The notes under the pieces: generated by a model
What the model saw: the letters and a program-made list of their open reading frames with translations, nothing else
Told to the model about the DNA's origin: nothing
Database searches by the model: none
Position numbers and translations under genes: made by a program
From: Eledone cirrhosa
Taxonomy: Eukaryota
DNA length: 64,000 nucleotides
Direction: 5' to 3'
NCBI GenBank assembly: GCA_964016885.1
Contig: CAXHJY010001693.1
Location: 1-64,000 of the forward strand
Shown: in pieces, positions 15,001 through 30,000 of the stretch
How the letters are laid out: the number at the start of each line of letters is the position of its first letter
How positions within the stretch are numbered: position 1 is the stretch's first letter

Positions 15001-18000
15001 CCTAAAACGACATCATAAATGACGAAAATGACTCTAAAATGGTTAAAACCGCCCTATAACGGACTAAAATGACTCTAAAATGGCTAAAACTGCATCATAA
15101 ATGACTAAAATGGCTAAAACCGCATCGTAAATGACTAAAATAACTCTAGAATGGCTAAAACAGCATCATTAATGACTTAAATCACCCTATAAATGGCTAA
15201 AACGGTATATAAATTATGAAAATGACTCTATATTGGATAAAACGGCATGAGAAATGACTAAAATGAATATTAGATGGCTAAAACCGCATCTTAAATGACG
15301 AAAATGACTCTAAAATGGCTGAAACAGCATCATAAATGACTAAATGACTTTAAAATGGTTAAAACCGCCCTATAACGGACTGAAACGACTCTAAAATGGC
15401 TAAAACGTCATCATAAACGACTAAAATGACTCTAAAATGGTTAAAAGCGCCTCATAAATGAATAAAATGACTCTAAAATGGCTAAAACTGCCTCATAAAG
15501 GACTAAAATGACTCTATAATGGCTAAAACAGTAAAATAAATGAATATATGCCTCTAAAATGCCTAAAACGACATCATAAATGACGAAAATGACTCTAAAA
15601 TGGTTAAAACCGCCCTATAACGGACTAAAATGACTCTAAAATGGCTAAAACTGCATCATAAATGACTAAAATGGCTAAAACCGCATCGTAAATGACTAAA
15701 ATAACTCTAGAATGGCTAAAACAGCATCATTAATGACTTAAATCACCCTATAAATGGCTAAAAACGGTATATAAATTATGAAAATGACTCTATATTGGAT
15801 AAAACGGCATGAGAAATGACTAAAATGAATATTAGATGGCTAAAACCGCCTCATAAAGGACTAAAATGACTCTAAAACGGCTAAAACGGCATCATAAATG
15901 ACTAAAATGACTCTCAACTGGCTAAAGCGGCATCATAAACGACTAAAATGACTCTAAAATGGCTAAAAAGGCATCATAAATGACTAAAAATGACTCTAAA
16001 ATGGCTAAAACCGCCTCATGAAGGACTAAAATGACTCTAAAAGGCCTAAAACGGCATCATGAATGACTAAAATGGCTCAAACGGCATCATAAATGAATAA
16101 AATGACTCTAAAATTGCTAAAACCGACTCATGAATGACTAAAATAACTCTAAAATGGCTAGAACGGCAAAGTAAATGAATATATGCCTCTAAAAGGCCTA
16201 AAACGACATCATAAATGACGAAAATGACTCTAAAATGGTTAAAACTGCCCTATAAAGGACTAAAACGACTCTAAAATGGCTAACACTGCCTCATAAATGA
16301 CTAAAATGACTCTAGAATGGCTAAAACAGCATCATAAATGACTGAAATGACCCTATAAATGGCTAAAACGGTATATAAATTATGAAAATGACTCTATATT
16401 GGATAAAACAGCATGAGAAATGACTGAAATGAATATTAGATGGCTAAAACAGCATCTAAAATGACTAAAATGACCCTAAAATGTCTAGAACGGTGTATAA
16501 ATGACGAAAATGACTCTAAAATGGCTAAAACCGCCTCATAAATGACTAAAATGACTCTAAAAGGGCTAAAACGACATCATGAATGACTAAAATGGCACAA
16601 ACGGCATCATAAATGAATAAAAGGACTCTAAAATGGCTAAAGCGGCATCATAAACGACTAAAATGACTCTAAAATGGTTAAAAGCGCCTCATAAATGAAT
16701 AAAATGACTCTAAAATGGCTAAAACCACCTCATAAAGGACTAAAATGACTCTAAAATGACTAAAACAGTAAAATAAATGAATATATGCCTCTAAAATGCC
16801 TAAAACGACATCATAAATGACGAAAATGACTCTAAAATGGTTAAAACCGCCCTATAACGGACTAAAATGACTCTAAAATGGCTAAAACTGCATCATAAAT
16901 GACTAAAATGGCTAAAACCGCGTCGTAAATGACTAAAACGACTCTAAAATGGCTAACACTACCTCATAAAGGACTAAAATGACTCTAAAATGGCTAAAAC
17001 AGCATCATAAATGACTAAAATGACCCTAAAATGTCTAAAACGGTGTATAAATGACGAAAATGACTCTAAAATGGCTAAAACCGCCTCATAAATGACTAAA
17101 ATGACTCTAAAAGGGCTGAAACAGCATCATCAATGAATAAATAACTCTAAAATGGTTAAAAGCGCCTCATAAAGGACTAAAATGACTCTAAAATGGCTAA
17201 CACTGCCTCATAAAGGACTAAAATGACTCTAAAATGGCTAAAACAGCATCATAAATGACTGAAATGACCCTATAAATGGCTAAAACGGTATATAAATTAT
17301 GAAAATGACTCTATATTGGATAAAACGGCATGAGAAATGACTAAAATGAATATTAGATGGCTAAAACAGCATCTTAAATGACGAAAATGACTCTAAAATG
17401 GCTGAAACAGCATCATAAATGACTAAAATAACTCTAAAATGGTTAAAAGCGCCTCATAAAGGACTAAAATGACTCTAAAACGGCTAAAACGGCATCATAA
17501 ATGACTAAAATGACTCTAAAATGGCTGAAACAGCATCATAAATGACTAAAAAGACTTTAAACTGGCTAAAGCGGCATCATAAACGACTAAAATGACTCTA
17601 AAATGGCTAAAAAGGCATCATAAATGACTAAAAATGACTCTAAAATGGCTAAAACCGCCTCATGAAGGACTAAAATGACTCTAAAAGGCCTAAAACGGCA
17701 TCATGAATGACTAAAATGGCTCAAACGGCATCATAAATGAATAAAATGACTCTAAAATTGCTAAAACCGACTCATGAATGACTAAAATAACTCTAAAATG
17801 GCTAGAACGGCAAAGTAAATGAATATATGCCTCTAAAAGGCCTAAAACGACATCATAAATGACGAAAATGACTCTAAAATGGTTAAAACCGCCCTATAAA
17901 GGACTAAAACGACTCTAAAATGGCTAACACTGCCTCATAAATGACTAAAATGACTCTAGAATGGCTAAAACAGCATCATAAATGACTGAAATGACCCTAT

Positions 18001-21000
18001 AAATGGCTAAAACGGTATATAAATTATGAAAATGACTCTATATTGGATAAAACAGCATGAGAAATGACTGAATGAATATTAGATGGCTAAAACAGCATCT
18101 AAAATGACTAAAATGACCCTAAAATGTCTAGAACGGTGTATAAATGACGAAAATGACTCTAAAATGGCTAAAACCGCCTCATAAATGACTAAAATGACTC
18201 TAAAAGGGCTAAAACGACATCATGAATGACTAAAATGGCACAAACGGCATCATAAATGAATAAAAGGACTCTAAAATGGCTAAAGCGGCATCATAAACGA
18301 CTAAAATGACTCTAAAATGGTTAAAAGCGCCTCATAAATGAATAAAATGACTCTAAAATGGCTAAAACCACCTCATAAAGGACTAAAATGACTCTAAAAT
18401 GACTAAAACAGTAAAATAAATGAATATATGCCTCTAAAATGCCTAAAACGACATCATAAATGACGAAAATGACACTAAAATGGTTAAAACCGCCCTATAA
18501 CGGACTAAAATGACTCTAAAATGGCTGAAACTGCATCATGAATGACTAAAATGGCTAAAACTGCATCGTAAATGACTAAAACGACTCTAAAATGGCTAAC
18601 ACTACATCATAAAGGACTAAAATGACTCTAAAATGGCTAAAACAGCATCATAAATGACTAAAATAACTCTAGAATGGCTAAAACAGCATCATTAATGACT
18701 TAAATCACCCTATAAATGGCTAAAACGGTATATAAATTATGAAAATGACTCTATATTGGATAAAACGGCATGAGAAATGACTAAAATGAATATTAGATGG
18801 CTAAAACAGCATCTTAAATGACTAAAATGACCCTAAAATGGCTAAAACGGCATCATGAATGACTAAAATGGCACAAACGGCATCATAAATGAATAAAATG
18901 AATCTAAAATGGCTAAAGCGGCATCATTAACGACTAAAATGACTCTAAACTGGTTAAAAGCGCCTCATAAAGGACTAAAATGACTCTAAAAGGCCTAAAA
19001 CGGTATATGAATGACTAAAATGGCTCAAACGGCATCATGAATGAATAAAATGACTCTAAAATGGCTAAAACCGACTCATAAATGACTAAAATGACACTAA
19101 AATGGCTAAAACAGCATCATAAATGACTAAAATGACTCTAAAATCGTTAAAACCGCCCTATAACGGACTAAAATGACTCTAAAATGGCTAAAACGTCATC
19201 ATAAATGACTAAAATGACTCTAAAATGGCTAAAACGGCAAAATAAATGAATATATGCCTCTAAAATGCCTAAAACGACATCATAAATGACGAACATGACT
19301 CTAAAATGGTTAAAACCGCCCTATAAAGGACTAAAACGACTCTAAAATGGCTAACACTGCCTCATAAAGGACTAAAATGACTATAAAATGGCCGAAACAG
19401 CATCATAAATGACTAAAATGACTCTAGAATGGCTAAAACAGCATCATAAATGACTGAAATGACCCTATAAACGGCTAAAACGGTATATAAATTATGAAAA
19501 TGACTCTATATTGGATAAAACGGCATGAGAAATGACTAAAATGAATATTAGATGGCTAAAACAGCATCTAAAATGACTAAAATGACCCTAAAATGTCTAG
19601 AACGGTGTATAAATGACGAAAATGACACTAAAATGGCTAAAACAGCATCATAAATGACTAAATGACTTTAAAATGGTTAAAACCGCCCTATAACGGACTG
19701 AAACGACTCTAAAATGGCTAAAACGTCATCATAAACGACTAAAATGACTCTAAAATGGTTAAAAGCGCCTCATAAATGAATAAAATGACTCTAAAATGGC
19801 TAAAACTGCCTCATAAAGGACTAAAATGACTCTATAATGGCTAAAACAGTAAAATAAATGAATATATGCCTCTAAAATGCCTAAAACGACATCATAAATG
19901 ACGAAAATGACTCTAAAATGGTTAAAACCGCCCTATAACGGACTAAAATGACTCTAAAATGGCTAAAACTGCATCATAAATGACTAAAATGGCTAAAACC
20001 GCATCGTAAATGACTAAAATAACTCTAGAATGGCTAAAACAGCATCATTAATGACTTAAATCACCCTATAAATGGCTAAAACGGTATATAAATTATGAAA
20101 ATGACTCTATATTGGATAAAACGGCATGAGAAATGACTAAAATGAATATTAGATGGCTAAAACAGCATCTTAAATGACTAAAATGACCCTAAAATGTCTA
20201 AAACGGTGTATGAATGACGAAAATGACTCTAAAATGGCTAAGACCGCCTCATGAATGACTAAAATGACTCTAAAATGGCTAAAACGGCATCATGAATGAC
20301 TAAAATGGCACAAACGGCATCATAAATGAATAAAATGAGTCTAAAATGGCTAAAGCGGCATCATGAACGACTAAAATGACTCTAAACTGGTTAAAAGCGC
20401 CTCATAAAGGACTAAAATGACTCTAAAAGACCTAAAACGGTATATGAATGACTAAAATGGCTCAAACGGCATCATGAATGAATAAAATGACTCTAAAATG
20501 GCTAAAACCGACTCATAAATGACTAAAATGACACTAAAATGGCTAAAACAGCATCATAAATGACTAAAATGACTCTAAAATCGTTAAAACCGCCCTATAA
20601 CGGACTAAAATGACTCTAAAATGGCTAAAACGTCATCATAAATGACTAAAATGACTCTAAAATGGCTAAAACGGCAAAATAAATGAATATATGCCTCTAA
20701 AATGCCTAAAACGACATCATAAATGACGAACATGACTCTAAAATGGTTAAAACCGCCCTATAAAGGACTAAAACGACTCTAAAATGGCTAACACTGCCTC
20801 ATAAAGGACTAAAATGACTATAAAATGGCCGAAACAGCATCATAAATGACTAAAATGACTCTAGAATGGCTAAAACAGCATCATAAATGACTGAAATGAC
20901 CCTATAAACGGCGAAAACGATATATAAATTATGAAAATGACTCTATATTGGATAAAACGGCATGAGAAATGACTAAAATGAATATTAGATGGCTAAAACA

Positions 21001-24000
21001 GCATCTAAAATGACTAAAATGACCCTAAAATGTCTAGAACGGTGTATAAATGACGAAAATGACTCTAAAATGGCTAAAACCGCCTCATAAATGACTAAAA
21101 TGACACTAAAATGGCTAAAACAGCATCATAAATGACTAAATGACTTTAAAATGGTTAAAACCGCCCTATAACGGACTGAAACGACTCTAAAATGGCTAAA
21201 ACGTCATCATAAACGATTAAAATGACTCTAAAATGGTTAAAAGCGCCTCATAAATGAATAAAATGACTCTAAAATGACTAAAACGGCATCATGAATGACT
21301 AAAATGGCACAAACGGCATCATAAATGAATAAAATGAGTCTAAAATGGCTAAAGCGGCATCATGAACGACTAAAATGACTCTAAACTGGTTAAAAGCGCC
21401 TCATAAAGGACTAAAATGACTCTAAAAGGCCTAAAACGGTATATGAATGACTAAAATGGCTCAAACGGCATCATGAATGAATAAAATGACTCTAAAATGG
21501 CTAAAACCGACTCATAAATGACTAAAATGACACTAAAATGGCTAAAACAGCATCATAAATGACTAAAATGACTCTAAAATGGTTAAAACCGCCCTATAAC
21601 GGACTAAAATGACTCTAAAATGGCTAAAACGTCATCATAAATGACTAAAATGACTCTAAAATGGCTAAAACGGCAAAATAAATGAATATATGCCTCTAAA
21701 ATGCCTAAAACGACATCATAAATGACGAACATGACTCTAAAATGGTTAAAACCGCCCTATAAAGGACTAAAACGACTCTAAAATGGCTAACACTGCCTCA
21801 TAAAGGACTAAAATGACTATAAAATGGCCGAAACAGCATCATAAATGACTAAAATGACTCTAGAATGGCTAAAACAGCATCATAAATGACTGAAATGACC
21901 CTATAAATGGCTAAAACGGTATATAAATTATGAAAATGACTCTATATTGGATAAAACGGCATGAGAAATGACTAAAATGAATATTAGATGGCTAAAACAG
22001 CATCTTAAATGACGAAAATGACTCTAAAATGGCTGAAACAGCATCATAAATGACTAAAATAACTCTAAAATGGCTAAAACGGCATCATAAATGACTTAAA
22101 TGACTCTAAAATGGCTAAAACGGCATCATAAATGACTAAGAATGACTCTAAAATGGCTAAAACCGCCTCATGAAGGACTAAAATGACTCTAAAAGGCCTA
22201 AAACCGCATCATGAATGACTAAAATGGCTCAAACGGCATCATAAATGAATAAAATGACTCTAAAATGGCTAAAACTGACTCATAAATGACTAAAATAACT
22301 CTAAAATGGCTAGAACGGCAAAGTAAATGAATATATGCCTCTAAAAGGCCTAAAACGACATCATAAATGACGAAAATGACTCTAAAATGGTTAAAACCGC
22401 CCTATAAAGGACTAAAACGACTCTAAAATGGCTAACACTGCCTCATAAATGACTAAAATGACTCTAGAATGGCTAAAACAGCATCATAAATGACTGAAAT
22501 GACCCTATAAATGGCTAAAACGGTATATAAATTATGAAAATGACTCTATATTGGATAAAACGGCATGAGAAATGACTAAAATGAATATTAGATGGCTAAA
22601 ACAGCATCTAAAATGACTAAAATGACCCTAAAATGTCTAGAACGGTGTATAAATGACGAAAATGACACTAAAATGGCTAAAACCGACTCATAAATGACTA
22701 AAATGACTCTAAAAGTGCTAAAACGGCATCATGAATGACTAAAATGTCACAAACGGCATCATAAATGACGAAAATGACTCTAAAATGGCTAAAACCGCCT
22801 CATAAATGACTAAAATGACACTAAAATGGCTAAAACAGCATCATAAATGACTAAAATGACTTTAAAATGGTTAAAACCGCCCTATAACGGACTAAAAGGA
22901 CTCTAAAATGGCTAAAACGTCATCATAAACGACTAAAATGACTCTAAAATGGTTAAAAGCGCCTCATAAATGAATAAAATGACTCTAAAATGGCTAAAAC
23001 CGCCTCATAAAGGACTAAAATGACTCTATAATGGCTAAAACAGTAAAATAAATGAATATATGCCTCTAAAATGCCTAAAACGACATCATAAATGACGAAA
23101 ATGACTCTAAATGGTTAAAACCGCCCTATAACGGACTAAAATGACTCTAAAATGGCTAAAACTGCATCATAAATGACTAAAATGGCTAAAAACCGCATCG
23201 TAAATGACTAAAATAACTCTAGAATGGCTAAAACAGCATCCTTAATGACTTAAATCACCCTATAAATGGCTAAAACGGTATATAAATTATGAAAATGACT
23301 CTATATTGGATAAAACGGCATGAGAAATGACTAAAATGAATATTAGATGGCTAAAACAGCATCTTAAATGACTAAAATGACCCTAAAATGTCTAAAACGG
23401 TGTATGAATGACGAAAATGACTCTAAAATGGCTAAGATCGCCTCATGAATGACTAAAATGACTCTAAAATGGCTAAAACGGCATCATGAATGACTAAAAT
23501 GGCACAAACGGCATCATAAATGAATAAAATGAGTCTAAAATGGCTAAAGCGGCATCATGAACGACTAAAATGACTCTAAACTGGTTAAAAGCGCCTCATA
23601 AAGGACTAAAATGACTCTAAAAGGCCTAAAACGGTATATGAATGACTAAAATGGCTCAAACGGCATCATGAATGAATAAAATGACTCTAAAATGGCTAAA
23701 ACCGACTCATAAATGACTAAAATGACACTAAAATGGCTAAAACAGCATCATAAATGACTAAAATGACTCTAAAATGGTTAAAACCGCCCTATAACGACTA
23801 AAATGACTCTAAAATGGCTAAAACGTCATCATAAATGACTAAAATGACTCTAAAATGGCTAAAACGGCAAAATAAATGAATATATGCCTCTAAAATGCCT
23901 AAAACGACATCATAAATGACGAACATGACTCTAAAATGGTTAAAACCGCCCTATAAATGACTAAAACGACTCTAAAATGGCTAACACTGCCTCATAAAGG

Positions 24001-27000
24001 ACTAAAATGACTATAAAATGGCCGAAACAGCATCATAAATGACTAAAATGACTCTAGAATGGCTTAAAACAGCATCATAAATGACTGAAATGACCCTATA
24101 AACGGCTAAAACGGTATATAAATTATGAAAATGACTCTATATTGGATAAAACGGCATGAGAAATGACTAAAATGAATATTAGATGGATAAAACAGCATCT
24201 AAAATGACTAAAATGACCCTAAAATGTCTAGAACGGTGTATAAATGACGAAAATGACTCTAAAATGGCTAAAACCGCCTCATAAATGACTAAAATGACAC
24301 TAAAATGGCTAAAACAGCATCATAAATGACTAAAATGACTTTAAAATGGTTAAAACCGCCCTATAACGGACTAAAAGGACTCTAAAATGGCTAAAACGTC
24401 ATCATAAACGACTAAAATGACTCTAAAATGGTTTAAAAGCGCCTCATAAATGAATAAAAATGACTCTAAAATGGCTAAACCGCCTCATAAAGGACTAAAA
24501 TGACTCTATAATGGCTAAAACAGTAAAATAAATGAATATATGCCTCTAAAATGCCTAAAACGACATCATAAATGACGAAAATGACTCTAAAATGGTTAAA
24601 ACCGCCCTATAACGGACTAAAATGACTCTAAAATGGCTAAAACTGCATCATAAATGACTAAAATGGCTAAAACCGCATCGTAAATGACTAAAATAACTCT
24701 AGAATGGCTAAAACAGCATCATTAATGACTTAAATCACCCTATAAATGGCTAAAACGGTATATAAATTATGAAAATGACTCTATATTGGATAAAACGGCA
24801 TGAGAAATGACTAAAATGAATATTAGATGGCTAAAACAGCATCTTAAATGACTAAAATGACCCTAAAATGTCTAAAACGGTGTATGGATGACGAAAATGA
24901 CTCTAAAATGGCTAAGACCGCCTCATGAATGACTAAAATGACTCTAAAATGGCTTAAAACGGCATCATGAATGACTAAAATGGCACAAAACGGCATCATC
25001 AATGAATAAAATGAGTCTAAAATGGCTAAAGCGGCATCATGAACGACTAAAATGACTCTAAACTGGTTAAAAGCGCCTCATAAAGGACTAAAATGACTCT
25101 AAAAGGCCTAAAACGGTATATGAATGACTAAAATGGCTCAAACGGCATCATGAATGAATAAAATGACTCTAAAAGGGCTAAAACCGACTCATAAATGACT
25201 AAAATGACACTAAAATGGCTAAAACAGCATCATAAATGACTAAAATGACTCTAAAATGGTTAAAACCGCCCTATAACGGACTAAAATGACTCTAAAATGG
25301 CTAAAACGTCATCATAAATGACTAAAATGACTATAAAATGGCTAAAACGGCAAAATAAATGAATATATGCCTCTAAAATGCCTAAAACGACATCATAAAT
25401 GACGAACATGACTCTAAAATGATTAAAACCGCCTTATAAAGGACTAAAAACGTCTCTAAAATGGCTAACACTGCCTCATAAAGGACTAAAATGACTATAA
25501 AATGGCCGAAACAGCATCATAAATGACTAAAATGACTCTAGAATGGCTAAAACAGCATCATAAATGACTGAAATGACCCTTATAAATGGCTAAAACGGTA
25601 TATAAATTATGAAAATGACTCTATATTGGATAAAACGGCATGAGAAATGACTAAAAATGACTCTAAAATGGCTAAAACCGCCTCATAAAGGACTAAAATG
25701 ACTCTAAAAGGCCTAAAACCGCATCATGAATGACTAAAATGGCTCAAACGGCATCATAAATGAATAAAATGACTCTAAAATGGCTAAAACCTGACTCATA
25801 AATTGACTAAAATAACTCTAAAATGGCTTAGAACGGCAAAGTAAATGAATATATGCCTCTAAAAGGCCTAAAACGACATCATAAATGACGAAAATGACTC
25901 TAAAATGGTTAAAACCGCCCTATAAAGGACTAAAACGACTCTAAAATGGCTAACACTGCCTCATAAATGACTAAAATGACTCTAGAATGGCTAAAACAGC
26001 ATCATAAATGACTGAAATGACCCTATAAATGGCCAAAACGGTATATAAATTATGAAAAAAACTCTATATTGGATAAAACGGCATGAGAAATGACTAAAAT
26101 GAATATTAGATGGCTAAAAGAGCATCTAAAATGACTAAAATGACCCTAAAATGTCTAGAACGGTGTATAAATGACGAAAATGACTCTAAAATGGCTAAAC
26201 CGCCTCATGAATGACTAAAATGACTCTAAAAGGGCTAAAACGGCATCATGAATGACTAAAATGTCACAAACGGCATCATAAACGACTAAAATGACTCTAA
26301 AATGGTTAAAAGCGCCTCATAAATGAATAAAATGACTCTAAAATGGCTAAACCGCTCATAAAGCACTAAAATAACACTAAAATGGCTAAAACGGAAAAAT
26401 AAATGAATATATGCCTCTAAAATGCCTAAAACGACATCATAAATGACGAAAATGACTCTAAAATGGTTAAAAACCGCCCTATAAACGGACTAAAATGACT
26501 CTAAAATGGCTAAAACTGCATCATAAATGACTAAAATGGCTAAATCGCATCGTAAATGACTAACACGACTCTAAAATGGCTAACACTACCTCATAAAGGA
26601 CTAAAATGACCCTAAAATGTCTAGAACGGTGTATAAATGACGAAAATGACTCTAAAATGGCTAAGACCGCCTCATGAATGACTAAAATGACTCTAAAATG
26701 GCTAAAACAGCATCATAAACGACTAAAATGACTCTAAAATGGTTAAAAAGCGCCTCATAAATGAATAAAATGACTCTAAAATGGCTAAAACCGCCTCATA
26801 AAGGACTAAAATGACTCTATAATGGCTAAAACAGTAAAATAAATGAATATATGCCTCTAAAATGCCTAAAACGACATCATAAATGACGAAAATGACTCTA
26901 AAATGGTTAAAACCGCCCTATAACGGACTAAGAGGACTCTAAAATGGCTAAAACGTCATCATAAACGACTAAAATGACTCTAAAATGGTTAAAAGCGCCT

Positions 27001-30000
27001 CATAAATGAATAAAATGACTCTAAAATGGCTAAAACCGCCTCATGAAGGACTAAAATGACTCTATAATGGCTAAAACAGTAAAATAAATGAATATATGCC
27101 TCTAAAATGCCTAAAACGACATCATAAATGACGAAAATGACTCTAAAATGGTTAAAACCGCCCTATAACGGACTAAAATGGCTAAAACTGCATCATAAAT
27201 GACTAAAATGGCTAAAACCGCATCGTAAATGACTAAAATAACTCTAGAATGGCTAAAACAGCATCATTAATGACTTAAATCACCCTATAAATGGCTAAAA
27301 CGGTCTATAAATTATGAAAATGACTCTATATTGGATTAAAACGGCATGAGAAATGACTAAAATGAATATTAGATGGCTAAAACAGCATCTTAAATGACTA
27401 AAATGACCCTAAAATGTCTAAAACGGTGTAATGAATGACGAAAATGACTCTAAAATGGCTAAGACCGCCTCATGAATGACTAAAATGACTCTAAAATGGC
27501 TAAAACGGCATCATGAATGACTAAAATGGCACAAACGGCATCATAAATGAATAAAATGAGTCTAAAATGGGCTAAGCGGCATCATGAACGACTAAAATGG
27601 AATCTAAACTGGTTAAAAGCGCCTCATAAAGGACTAAAATGACTCTAAAGGCCTAAAACGGTATATGAATGACTAAAATGGCTCAAACGGCATCATGAAT
27701 GAATAAAATGACTCTAAAATGGCTAAAACCGACTCATAAATGACTAAAATGACACTAAAATGGCTAAAACAGCATCATAAATGACTAAATGACTCTAAAA
27801 TGGTTTAAAAACCGCCCTATAACGGACTAAAATGACTCTAAAATGGCTAACACTGCCTCATAAAGGACTAAAATGACTATAAAATGGCCGAAACAGCATC
27901 ATAAATGACTAAAATGACTCTAGAATGGCTAAAACAGCATCATAAATGACTGAAATGACTCTATAAATGGCTAAAACGGTATATAAATTGTGTTAATGAC
28001 TCTATATTGGATAAAACGGCATGAGAAATGACTAAAATGAATATTAGATGTCTAAAACAGCATCTTAAATGACGAAATGACTCTAAAATGGCTGAAACAG
28101 CATCATAAATGACTAAAATAACTCTAAAATGGTTAAAAGCGCCTCATAAAGGACTAAAATGACTCTAAAACGGCTAAAACGGCATCATAAATGACTAAAA
28201 TGACTCTAAATGGCTAAAACGGCATCATAAATGACAAAAAAATGACTCTAAAATGGCTAAAACCGCCTCATGAAGGACTAAAATGACTCTAAAAGGCCTA
28301 AAACCGCATCATGAATGACTAAAATGGCTCAAACGGCATCATAAATGAATAAAATGACTCTAAAATGGCTAAAGACTGACTCATAAATGACTAAATAACT
28401 CTAAAATGGGCTAGAACGGCAAAGTAAATGAATATATGCCTCTAAAAGGCCTAAAACGACATCATAAATGACGAAAATGACTCTAAAATGGTTAAAAACC
28501 GCCCTATAAAGGACTAAAACGACTCTAAAATGGCTAACACTGCCTCATAAATGACTAAAATGACTCTAGAATGGCTAAACAGCATCATAAATGACTGAAA
28601 TGACCCTATAAATGGCTAAAACGGTATATAAATTATGAAAATGACTCTATATTGGATAAAACGGCATGAGAAATGACTAAAATGAATATTAGATGGCTAA
28701 AACAGCATCTAAAATGACTAAAATGACCCTAAAATGTCTAGAACGGTGTATAAATGACGAAAATGACTCTAAAATGGCTAAAACCGCCTCATAAATGACT
28801 AAAATGACTCTAAAAGGGCTAAAACGGCATCATGAATGACTAAAATGTCACAAACGGCATCATAAACGACTAAAATGACCCTAAAATGGTTAAAAGCGCC
28901 TCATAAATGATAAAATGACTCTAGAAGGCCTAACACGGTATATGAATGACTAACAGGCTCAAACGGCATCATGAATGAATAAAAATGACTCTAAAATGCT
29001 AAAACCGACTCATAAATGACTAAAATGACACTAAAATGGCTAAAACAGCATCATAAATGACTAAAATGACTCTAAAATGGTTAAAACCGCCCTATAACGG
29101 ACTAAAATGACTCTAAAATGGCTAAAACGGCAAAATAAATGAATATATGCCTCTAAAATGCCTAAAACGACATCATAAATGACGAACATGACTCTTTAAA
29201 TGGTTAAAACCGCTCTATAAAGGACTAAAACGACTCTAAAATTGCTAAACACTGCCTCATAAAGGACTAAAATGACTATAAAATGGCCGAAACAGCATCA
29301 TAAATGACTAAAATGACTCTAGAATGGCTAAAACAGCATCATAAATGACTGAAATGACCCTATAAATGGCTTAAAACGGTATATAAATTATGAAAATGAC
29401 TCTATATTGGATAAAACGGCATGAGAAATGACTAAAAATGAATATTAGATGGCTAAAACAGCATCTTAAATGACGAAAATGACTCTAAAATGGCTGAAAC
29501 AGCATCATAAATGACTAAAATAACTCTGAAATGGTTAAAAGCGCCTCATAAATGACTAAAATGACTCTAAAACGGCTAAAAACGGCATCATAAATGACTA
29601 AATGACTCTAAAATGGCTAAAACGGCATCATAAATGACTAAAAATGACTCTAAAATGGCTAAAACCGCCTCATGAAGGACTAAAATGACTCTAAAAGGCC
29701 CAAAACGGCATCATGAATGACTAAAATGGCTCAAACGGCATCATAAATGATAATAAAATGACTCTAAAATGGCTAAAACCGACTCATAAATGACTAAAAT
29801 AACTCTAAAATGGCTAGAACGGGAAAGTAAATGAATATCTGCCTCTAAAAAGGCCTAAAACGACATCATAAATGACGAAAATGACTCTAAAATGGTTAAA
29901 ACCGCCCTATAAAGGACTAAAACGACTCTAAAATGGCTAACACTGCCTCATAAATGACTAAAATGACTCTAGAATGGCTAAAACAGCATCATAAATGACT